Assembly: GCA_013239625.1 (NCBI GenBank)
Contig: MU055922.1
Span: 1,071,289-1,135,288, forward strand
DNA from: Lama guanicoe
Lineage: Eukaryota
Direction: 5' to 3'
DNA length: 64,000 nucleotides
Shown here: in pieces, positions 10,798 to 21,178 of the stretch
How the letters are laid out: the number at the start of each line of letters is the position of its first letter
Numbering within the stretch: the first letter of the stretch is position 1
The notes under the pieces: model-generated
What the model saw: the letters and a program-made list of their open reading frames with translations, nothing else
Told to the model about the DNA's origin: nothing
Database searches by the model: none
Program-made: the position numbers and the translations under genes

Positions 10798-10910
10798 GTG
10801 TGGACACCCTGGGTCGGGTCAGGGATCTGGTGTGGACACCCTGGGTCGGGGATCTGGTGTGGACACCCTGGGTCGGGGATCTGGTGTGGACACCCTGGGT
10901 CGGGGATCTG
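10798..10910 (+). repeat. 27-bp minisatellite, 4 copies (GTGTGGACACCCTGGGTCGGGGATCTG)
   Basis: Three identical copies at 10830-10856, 10857-10883 and 10884-10910, preceded by a 32-bp variant at 10798-10829. Confidence 0.95.
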
Positions 10911-11922
10911 GTTCTCCCGCGTCTCCCAGCCTGACTCTCACAGGGAGGCCTGCTGAGTGGGAGAGTCTGACCTTCCGGAAACAAATGATTCTCCGTTGCA
11001 GGTGCGAGAACTTGGTTAGAAACAACGGGCTGATCAACTGATGGAAGCCGACAGCCAGGGAAGCCCTGGGAGGCAGGAGCCCGGGCAGACCGCCTCTCTG
11101 CTTGGCTTCTAAGTGGATTTCACGTAAAACGCAGAGCTGGACGGCGCCATCTCTTTCACCGCTTCAGCTCCGCCATCTGCGATCGTTGGATGCCTCACGA
11201 TGATTTTTGGTTTATGTTCTCGTGCCCACACGCAGTAACACTTGGCCTCCAGAAACCCCCTCCCCGGGCTCCCCATCCACACACGCTCCTCTCTCGGTGT
11301 CCTTGGTGTCGGGCTTTGCAGGGCCAGCAACCTGAGCTTCATGCTTTGGGGCAGCGCCCGCCGTGGCCTTGCTGGTGGTACCAAGCTGACTGCCCCCCGG
11401 GCAGGGCCCCCGGCTGCAGGGCAAGTGGGCAGCGTCCTCCCACAGAGCACCGGCCCCGCCCTTCGCTGTTCCCCTGTGGCTGGTTCTTCTGCGTTGACCA
11501 ATGAGCCAGCAGGCTGAGGAAGGTGATCTCCGCCGACTCTGATTTTTACTGCTTCGACAAAGCCAGTAGAGCTTGGCTCTTTTTTTTTCCCCCTAGAGAA
11601 ACAGAAAGACCATCTGGGGAGCTAGCGAAACCCCTAGGCAATTCCTGAGGCGTCCTTGGGTATTTCGTACTTCGTTTGCGTATTTGAGTGTGTGCAAGTG
11701 TGTGTGCATTTCATGATTTTTTAATGGGGTGGGCGGTGGCTGAGGCATTGGGAGTGGAGGAAGATTGAATTGATTTTTGTGTGGCGTTGTTTAATAGAGA
11801 ACATTGGTGTGTTTTTTTTTTTCTTTTTCCCTATCAGCTGGTCTGGTGGGTTTATGAATTCTCATTCTTAAAAGACATTGTTCATAAAATCTAGAACTTT
11901 AGCTTAGGACTGTTCTACTGTG

Positions 11923-11928
11923 AATAAA
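11923..11928 (+). terminator. Polyadenylation signal AATAAA of COLGALT2
   Basis: Canonical hexamer after U-rich UTR sequence, with GU/U-rich sequence downstream (gtgttcttttgttgtg near 11986-12002). Confidence 0.7.
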
Positions 11929-14151
11929 GTTCTGGCTCTGTCAGCCCAGCGTTGCTTCTCTCCACTCAGGTCTAGAATCCCACGCAGTGTTCTTTTGTTG
12001 TGAGCATTGTGAACTGCAGGCCCAGCATTTCTTTCCAAAGTCGTCTCTTCAGCACCCCAGGGGTTCCTTGACCTCATTATCCTTCCTGCCTCCTGCCTGA
12101 GAGCCTTAAGTCGGGACATTTGACCGTCGCAGTGTCCGAGGAGGACTCTGCCTCCAGCCACGGCACCTGCTGTTGGCCTCTGGAGATTAGACCCCGTCTG
12201 GACCCCTGCTATCTGGCTCCCTCTCTGTATCTTGAGATCCAAGGTGGGATTTCTGGACAGACGACCCTGACGTCAGCAGTGCCGGTGCTGCTGAGTGTGG
12301 ACCAAGCGTCCATGACACGCAGAGGACACATTGCTTGGGCCTCGCTTGGTTCCCGGGACCCTGCTGCAGGAACTCTAGAAGACAAGACAGAGCCGGCATC
12401 CCAGCATCCTATACAGTCTGTCACGCTGTGTCCTGTCAGGGTGGGGACGTGGTAAACGACTTGCCTTCTAGAGCTCTTTGTGAAAAATTAAAAAAAAAAA
12501 AGTGCAACACTGTGACGGTCCCTTGGTTCCTCCAACGCTGATCAGCAGCCAGCACTGCTGGAGTTTCCAGGTCTGCACTGGACCAAGGATGTGGGAGGCC
12601 AGAGACAACCATCATGCTGTGCAGTTCCCACAGCAAGAGAGGGTGGCCGCCGGCCTTCCTGTGCAGTGAGGGGTGCTTTAGACTACTGGAGAGAAGTGGG
12701 GAAGCAAAAAGGGGTCTAGGCTACAGACAGACAGGAGTCCCAGTGGGAGAGGGTGGGGGAGGGAGGGAGCATCTTGCATCTTTGTGTTATTGGTCAGCCT
12801 GTCCATTCATCAAAAGACACTGGGATGCTGGTCTAAGGCCAAAGAGCTTTGTCTTGGGGCAAAAAAAAGAGAACCCATGTTGGCCTCAGTAATGCCTTGA
12901 ATTTCAGATCAAGCTCCCTCCAAACCTCAAAAACCAAGTGTCAGCCCTGCCTTGTTTCAGGTCTTGTGCGGGGCGCTGAGACGCTCAGAGGTCTGGGAAA
13001 GACCCCACCTGCTGTGGGGTCTGTGGTCCAGGGAGCTGCCGTGCAGGCTGGATGGCTGTCCTTCAGACTGGAAGACGGGGCCGTAGGACCCCAGGGAACC
13101 TGGCCCTGCTGAGGAGGGCCGCCGGGGGCCGCTTTGCGGGGAAGGTGGCGGTCGTGTTGGGCTTTGGAGCCAGAATGGGGAATGGGAGGGGGGTTGGGCA
13201 CGGCGGGTGGGAGTGCTGTCTGGGCACTGGGAAGGTGTGGGACTGAAAGGGCTTCCTGGGACGGGATGGGGAGCTGGGCAGGACCGAAGAGTCAGGAGTG
13301 TGTTGGGGTTGACGACAGGAAACAATCCTGAGACCTCGTAATGATGGCAAGGGAGCGGGCTCCCCTCCCACTCTCCCACCCCGGGCTAGCAGGATGACTG
13401 CAGAGGCCACTGTCCCTGGGGGGAATTCTAGCTTGGGTGACGCTCCTGACAGACAGCGCAGAGATTTCCAATAAGAAGTTGGTGTCGGAAACAAGAAAAA
13501 CTCCCCGATCTGCTGCACGCTTGGGGATCTTTTCCCTTACGGTTGGAACAAATCCCTCGAATTAGTAACTGTGAAAGGAAGGCGGTCTTCCCGAGAGGCT
13601 TCTCCAGCGTGCTTTTGAGACATGCTCTCCAAGTAAGTGGTCTCTGACCGACAAATTAATTCACCAAGGAATTAACCAATTACCAAGTCAGTTACCGTGA
13701 GGCTGGTCACTTGCTAAGAAAACAGCGTGTCCTGGGTGAGGCATTCAGAAAGCTCAGCGTGGGCAGCCTTGGAGGTAATCATTCCGTCCACATTCTGTGT
13801 TTATTATTTCACCGAGAACCTTCCTCCCCTGGAGACGCTCTGATTAAACGCGGCAGAGGAGAGCCCGGAGGAGAGAGCAGTGACCTGTGAGGGGCCGCCT
13901 GCGAGCGGGCGGCTGGCAGCCCTGAGCGGATGCAGGGCGGCTGGGGCAAGGGCGAGAGTGTGGCCTGTGGGGACCAGTACGTCATTTTGTTTTTTGTCTT
14001 TGCTTGGAAATGGCTGGTTTCAGTACATCGTGTTACAACAGATTACATAAAAAATGGTTTCTCTTCTCACACGCACAGATCGAGGGCGATGGCTTGCATT
14101 TCAGCACGAAGAGTTTAGGTGAGCTTTCGGGAAGAATTTGACAGAATTATT

Positions 14152-14191
14152 AGACGAGATCGGGCGTGTTCAGGGTGGTATGGCCGTAGAC
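14152..14191 (-). pseudogene. 5S rRNA retropseudogene fragment (first 40 nt, no poly(A) tail) with a 13-bp target-site duplication
   Basis: Reverse complement GTCTACGGCCATACCACCCTGAACACGCCCGATCTCGTCT equals mammalian 5S rRNA nt 1-40 with one G>A change at a CpG. Flanks are TGACAGAATTATT (14139-14151) and TGACAGAATTGTT (14192-14204). Confidence 0.93.
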
Positions 14192-15630
14192 TGACAGAAT
14201 TGTTAAATACTGAACAGGATTCCCAGGCAAGTGGTGGAATGGCTCCGTTAAACTCTGTTGTTGAGCTGGAGAGAGGCTTCCTTTCTGGTCTGTGACTTTG
14301 CCTGGAACGGCCTGTCTTCGCCTCCACCTGCAGGTGCACGGTACTGAGACCACCTTAGCTCAGGTCCCTCCCGCCACCCCAGCCAGGCTGCTCGCAGTCC
14401 AAAGCCAGCCTCCCGTCAGCCCTCAAAAGGGATGGAAAGGATGAAGAGTCATCTCCGAGCACTGGTTTCTCTTCGCTTTCAATTTACTGAGTTTGTTTTT
14501 CTGCCCCTCCCTGGAGTTTCTTCAGCGTGGCTTCCTCTGGAATGGGAACTTAACCAGATCGCCATGTCGGGACACACAGCCCCTGCTGGTCCCGAGGCGG
14601 CTCCTCCAGGTGCGTCCGCTCTGCGGGAGGCTGGACAGAACCTGGGCTGTTGGTCATGGAGGAACTTGATTTTCAGGATACTGGGCAGCCCTCTCTCTCC
14701 GTTCTTCAGAGAAGCTTAGGAAATAACTCGTGCCAAGGTGTCCTCTCCTGAGGGGAATCAGCAGTTTGGGGAAGACCCCCAGACGAGTTGAAATGTCCAT
14801 GCTGATGGTGTGGTCGGAAGGGTTTTAGCTTTTTTACGATGCCAGCGTGAATCGTGAAGACTTGAAGGGGTATCACTGTTCAGGATGGACCCAGGGAGGA
14901 AGCCATGCCCACAGCTGAGCGGGGAGGGGGCAGCTGAGGGGTGCAGGCCACGGGGAGTTAGAAGGGAGAGGAGAGACGTGGCTTCCAGGGCACAGCACAC
15001 GGATGCGAGTCCAGGAGCAAGGGCAGGGGGTAAGGAAACAGATTCAGGCCCAACAGTGGAGAAGTGAGGTCAGTGCATACATCAGAAGGGAGGGACTCAG
15101 AGGGAAAAAAGTAGTAGAAGAGAGGCTTGGAACGGAAGGGACGACCCTGGTCCCTAAAGTGACTATTTTAACCTTGCAAACCTGCCACGATGGGAGAGGC
15201 TAAGGTGGAGAGGTGCCGAACAGCCTGCAAAGGAACAGCTGGGCTGTCCAGAACCCCAGCGTCTGGAACAGCAGCAACTCACAGTCCTGCATGTGAGTCC
15301 TCCCAGGACAGAGCGAGAGTCAGAGCGGAGAGCCCCATCCTGCCAGGAAGGATCCAGGTCCAGGGGAACCCAGGAGCGGGGGCTTGGCTTCTGGTGAGAA
15401 AACTGTCCCCCCACAACCGCAGAGGGAACCCGAGAAGGTGGGGACGCTAAGGGGAATGGCCGCAGGCTCTGGGCGGGCTGCTCCAGCTCAGGGCTCCGGC
15501 CCGGGGGGCCTGCAGCTCCTTTCCAAGCCTGCCCAGTGTGGGCCCCGTGCAGCCGCAGCCCCGCCAGGAGGCGCTGTGGTCAGGGCCACGCTGGGCCCAC
15601 GCGCCCCTCTCAGTGGGCCTCTCTGGGGGC

Positions 15631-15660
15631 CAACTCCGTGAGTCAACTCCGTGAGTCAGC
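15631..15660 (+). promoter_or_regulatory. 13-bp duplication carrying two AP-1 sites (TGAGTCA); the second extends to an ARE core (TGAGTCAGC)
   Basis: CAACTCCGTGAGT occurs twice, followed by CAGC. TGAGTCA at 15639-15645 and 15652-15658. Function unproven. Confidence 0.4.
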
Positions 15661-18600
15661 CCTTCCCCAGAGCAGCAGCAGCGCAACTTCCCCAGGGTTG
15701 CTGTTCAAGCGCCTGAAGTCCCACCTCCGAGGGGTCCTGTCCCCCCTGCAGCCGCTCAGTGGGGAGGGAAGCTGGACTCCCTCCTCCTAGGCCAGGAGCA
15801 TCCCAGGAATCGCAGCGGCAAGCTCACACAGGGAGCGCAGGGCAGGGCTGCTCCCTTCACCTGGGCTGTGTCATCTGCTACCACGTGAACCTCAGAAGGT
15901 GGGAACAGTGATCGATCCTCACTTTTTAGACGGGGCAACAGCTAGATGCAATGACTTGCCTAAGACAGTAAGTGGCCTGGGAGCCAGAGCCAGGCGGGCA
16001 GATCCCGCCCACACCTACCTGCATCCACGCAGAGCTGCTGGGGAGGCTGTCCTGTTTCTTGTTCTCTGATAGCTAATGTTTCCATCTGTCTCCCGCTTCC
16101 TTTTCACACACACAACCTGATACATGAAGAAGCTTGCAACTCTAACCCTTTTGTTTACGTCTCACCTATGAAATTTCATACACTGATTTTTTTTCAGCTG
16201 AGCAGCCTGATTCCCTGACATTTTGCTGGAGGCTTGGATGTCAAATATCGTATAGACAATGATCCGAAGTGGGCGTCTGGGGGCGAGGTGACAGTCTCAG
16301 AGTGCTTCTCCCAGTTTGAAACTGGTGCCTTGTTATTTTTATTGAAGGCTGGAGCAATCCAGAAACAGTTTAAACCACTCACTGTCTTTTCTTTTTTTCA
16401 ACTTGATTTACCAGTAGCCTCTGTGTAAGAGATTGGCACTACAGCACAAAATGTTGCTTTGGGGTGAAACAGAGGTGGGAATAAAAATGATTTCTCCTGA
16501 GAAGCGTGTGACGAAGTTCTTGGTACTGATAACTCAGTAGAGAGAGGCCAAGCCAGGTGGGCTCACGCCCTAGTCACGTCCACTCCTTTAAACTCTTCGC
16601 TCGCATCCTGCTTTCCATCCACCCGACCCCAGGCTGGCTGCGTCATGGAGTTCTCCTAGCTGGGCGCCGAGTCACAGTGTAACCCTGATCCTTACGGCCC
16701 GTCTCCCCAGAATAACGCTCAGCATAAGAAGCCACAGTGCTTCCTCCAGCAGGACAGCTGTCCTTGGAAACTTTAAAAAATCGACCAGATGCCCGTTACG
16801 TAAATTCACACGACTGGAGGCCTGGGGATCGGCGCCAGACCCCAGGCATTCTCTCCAGCCCCAGGAGGCTGTGTGTGTCAGGAAAGCCCAGCCCAGTGTG
16901 ACACCCTCACGGTGGGGTTTGGTAGCTCAGAGCCCTGCCCTCACCTGTGGCAGCTAAACTGCTCTGCCGCAGGCTGGGGATCTGTCACGTGAGGGGGTCA
17001 ACTACGTGATTTGTAAGATGCCTTCCAACTCTGAGGAATCCCTGTGTATTTAACGTTTTCTTACAACTGTCAAATAAATGAATTACTTCCACACAGTCTT
17101 CTGGGTAGAGATGTTGAGAATCCACAGCAAATGGTGGTTTTCCAATTTGGAGTCTAAGATAATTAAACCTGCCTGGTTTCTGTTTGATTGCATGGCTTGT
17201 GTGTAAACACTTTAAATTTCCTAGATTTAAAAAAAAAAAACTTGACATACATCTACAACTGTAAAGCAGCTCGTAGTTTAGTCAAAGTGGGGACCACATT
17301 AGAAGCATATAAATTGGTGGTGACTGCATGTTAAAAATTAAAAATTAGATTCTGTAAGGCTAACCCAAACCCAAATTAAATTACTCTCTGGTATGTTCTC
17401 CTCCTTTGAGCATCTCTTTCGTCAACCCTTCCTGTGCTCTGTGCACCCCCTGTCTCGGTCCTCACTGCCGACTCTTCCTAGCACTGGGTGACTGTGGGGA
17501 TGCGAGCAAGGCCGGCACCCTAGTGAGAAGACAGAACGCCTCTGTGCAGAGACGGAAGTGCACGTCCACTCCAGGGGTCCCCTGCGCTGAGGGCAGGGCC
17601 GAGGACTGGCCAACAGGCTGGGAATGGAAGTGACAGGTCGCTCGAATCTAAGTCAGTCAGGAGCATCTGTGGGTTCTCTCTCCCAACATTGTGACTTGAA
17701 GGAAAAAAATCTGAGATGGCAGAGCCACTAAGGAGTGCTGCCCGACGTGCAATACTTGTGACCTGGTGAAAAGCAAGACGTCGAGTTACCGGGATTCCAT
17801 GGTTTGTTACTTCAGCCTAGCCTAATGCGCCCCTTCTGGAAGTTTCACTGTAACAGAGACCCGCAGGGAAAAGCCATGCAAACCACAATGGCGACCCCTT
17901 CTCACAGGGGAACCGTGGAAACCGCCAGGTGTAACCGGTGGCATTGAAGCGGCTCTGTCCAAAAGGGGCCTGGAGTCAGGGAACCTTCTCGACGCCACTG
18001 AAACCAGGACATGGAGCAGAACTGTGCCTCTCAGTGGCCCTGCGCTGCAAATCTGAAGTCTCCAAAGAAGGACATTTTAAGGCACTATTCCTTCAGGCAA
18101 AGTCACCAAGCTCAGTTTCTGGAGAAAGGCAAAACAAGGAAGACCCTTGTCTCAAATGACCTTACAGATAGTCACCTAGTGCCAAAGATAGAAATCCCTC
18201 CTTCCTGCCCATATTACCAATTATTAAAATGCCTACTTGGCCCTCTCCAAAATCCCCAGGGGCCCAGAAAATTCGATAATTTGCCTCCATTTAGGAATGC
18301 ATTTTTTGGGCAGTAATATAATGGGATGACAGCGCGCATCTGTTGAGTGAAGCTGGCCTCAGTCCGACTGCCTTTTGGGAAGCCCTGCTCTCCTCCCCCA
18401 ACCCCAAACCCCCGGCGTCCAGAGCACTGTGGATGGTTTCAAGAATTATGCAGATGGTCGCAAGTGCAGACTCAGGGAAAGGCTGTCAGAAGCAAGGCAA
18501 AGTACGCCCTGGGATCTGAACTCTTAAGTTTGACTTTATCTGAAGTGTCCCCAACCACACGGCTGCTAAGAACAGCTCCAGCAAGGCGTCACCTCTGACG

Positions 18601-18929
18601 GCCGTTCCCTGTGACGTCACTCTCTCCCCTGCATGCACAGGACACTTGCCGGTGGAGGGGCGCCCTCCTCACGCTGCCGCTGGCTCTCCCTCTGCTCCCC
18701 GCAAAGAGCCAGAGTGGGCCTCCAGAACGCTCACTGACACATCCGGAGCCTGGATCCACCCGATTCATACTCCAGACCCCTCTGGCCTGGCAGCACATGC
18801 CAACCAAGTCCCAGACCAGTTTACTAATTTAACCAGAAGGTAAACAGATGATGCAGACAGACAAGCATGCGAGCAGCTAAGAGCATGACCTGGCTGGCCC
18901 CCAGGAGACAAACTTAAGACAATTAAAGT

Positions 18930-20990
18930 GGCATTAAAGAAATGATGCTAGGTTTTTATCTACTTGGAAGTTCCACTGTCTTTAAAAAAAAGAAAAATAC
19001 ATATATATTTTACATTGCAGCGTATAAACCTAGACTCTACGTATACAGTATAAATACATGTGGTGAGCACACGGGAACAACATGTATGTCTTGGTAGCCA
19101 CACCCTAAACCAGGCCGATGGTTCCACATTTCTTCTTTGACTTTCAAACCAACAAATTCAGGCTGAGGCTACATTTACTTCAATCTCTGTGACGTATAGC
19201 ACCCTGGCCATCTCTTTTCCCAGAACCAAAGCGCAATTCGGAACTAGCCTCACAAGTGGAAAAAAGTGCTTTTCAACTTAGTTGAAACCAGTCGGTCTTC
19301 ACGACGCACAGTGTGATCTAGAAAGATCTAAGAGAAACCTGAGGCCTTCCTGGCTCACTCTCACCCTTTGGCCCACTGCCACAAATCTCTGACTTTCCCT
19401 GGTGTTTCTAGCAGACTTCGTATGGCTATTTACGCAACACAAATCTCACATAACCTTTGGGAGCCGTCTTACAGGACGGGGAAAAAAAGCTCCACATTAA
19501 ATCTGCATGTCATATTTGGGTTCGTTCTTTATTTTCGGAATAAAAACTGGTATTCTGAGAATTTTTTCTTAAAAAGGACAACATTCTGAAAGTGCTTCTT
19601 ACACACGTCAACATCCCGCACGTATGGCTTTGTAGTTCAAACCCCGGCACAGCTCAGATTCGGAAGGGAGAGGGTGATGGTGTAACTCGAGACAGAAGTG
19701 TCACTTAACAATGACACCGTGACACCCAGCGTGGGAACCTGAAAAAAAAAGTTACGGGTTCCATCTGGAAGAATGTACCTCTTTAGGAGTGATCTGGATG
19801 AGCCACGGAGCCCCACTCCTCTGCCCGCGACCAGGCACAGGAATGCCATCGGCGCTGAGCACAGACAGGGCCCTGCTGTCGGCAGGGAGCGTCTGCCCAG
19901 GGGCTACTGACGCAGCAAGTCGCCGTTCAGACACCTCGCACAGGCTCGTGTGATCAGAGTCAACTGCAGCACAAATGTCTACACCTGAGGAACAGATTGC
20001 ACATAATACAGAGGGACTGTGATCCAGATGGCAAGAGACTGCAGACCTGGTGTCACACGCAAAGGGCCATTGGAGAAGACAGTGGGGCAGTGGCATTCCG
20101 CGACAGCCCGGAGTCCGGGTGAGTCACCGTTCTTGTGCGCTGTCTCTTCCGGCTGATCGGTTACCAAAGAACACGGCTGCCTGTGCAATAATGATGGTGA
20201 TGATGCTCTTTAAGGGGAGAAACGCAATGTGGTGGCCAGAGATCAAGACGGGCTCGCGCTGCCTCCAGAGGCGTCAGGACGGCTGGCCCGGCGGGTCACG
20301 GGCCTCCGCAGCTGCCCCTCGCCCTCCCCGGGGGGCAGACAGCAGCCGACGCGAGCACAGGTCACAAGCCACTGGCTCACAGAAACCCTTTCCGTGGTGG
20401 CCTTTCGTCCAGCCCATGGCAGTTCCCGCCTCTGTGGCTCTCTTGTCTGGTGGCACTTGACTGAGAAAGTAACCCACCCCCTTTACAAAAATAGCTTGGA
20501 CTTCTTGTAACACAGGCACAAAGGACACGCTGTACTCCTGGGATTGATTCCATTTACTTGGAAGGTATGAGACTAGGGTTCTCAGTTTCTTCTATTTCCC
20601 TGTAAAAAGTGACCTCGACTTCCCAGGCCATTGTGCAAATTTGGTTTTCCATTGTCCAGAACCTCCCATAAGCCCCTCATATTTATATATCTATATATAC
20701 ACATACCTACCAAATATGTGTACATACCTATATATTTATAAACATGGATAATTCTGCATCTCAGTCAAACAAGTCAACGAGAATCAGTGAATCGTTCATC
20801 CTTCTCATTCAAATTCATCTCCGATTTCCCTACAATGCTTCTCAAGAATGCCCTGCACACCAGAGGTTCTCAATAAATATCCGTTGACTTCACCAACGAT
20901 CCGCTAACACTGGGTGGCAGCTGCAACCACCACGGCCTGTCCTCGGCCCCGCGCCGCCTTCGGCAAGGAAGTGGCGCTCGGCGCCTCCGT
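18930..20990 (-). other. RGL1: RGL1 3' UTR (end approximate)
   Basis: Follows the TGA at 20991-20993 and has AU-rich blocks. Candidate signals are AATAAA (19528-19533) and GATAAA (18955-18960) on the minus strand. Confidence 0.55.
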
Positions 20991-21178
20991 TCAGAGGGTG
21001 ATCTTGCTGTGCCGGCTGCCCCAGCAGCCCCGCTTAGCTGTCCTGGGCAACGTCAGGCTGGTCCGGCTACGCAGCTTCACTTGCTCCTCCACAGAGTTCT
21101 TTTTGCGTAAAATGAAGTCGAAGTTCACTTGGCTGTTCATGGCGTAGAAGACGTTCGCCGAGTCTGGGATCACGAGTT
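20991..21178 (-). CDS. RGL1: RGL1 last coding exon (ELVIPDSANVFYAMNSQVNFDFILRKK..HSKITL*), end of the RA domain
   Basis: tttttag|AA acceptor. RalGDS-family ANVFYAM motif. TGA stop. Confidence 0.96.

Larger units (their letters stand above)
9753..11950 (+). other. COLGALT2: COLGALT2 3' UTR (about 2.2 kb, end approximate)
   Basis: Runs from the stop codon to the AATAAA at 11923. Confidence 0.7.

Noticed and set aside
10798-10910. Repeat array considered as a CRISPR-like array
   Set aside because: The units are directly adjacent with no unique spacers, there are no cas genes, and the DNA is mammalian.
14152-14191. Functional 5S rRNA gene
   Set aside because: Only nt 1-40 are present; there is no internal control region or terminator.
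17385-17500. Long pyrimidine tract ending ttcctag at 17481 as an alternative last exon of COLGALT2 (would give ..KHPVTG* without KDEL)
   Set aside because: The acceptor is plausible, but there is no coding signal, no convincing nearby poly(A) signal and no transcript evidence available.
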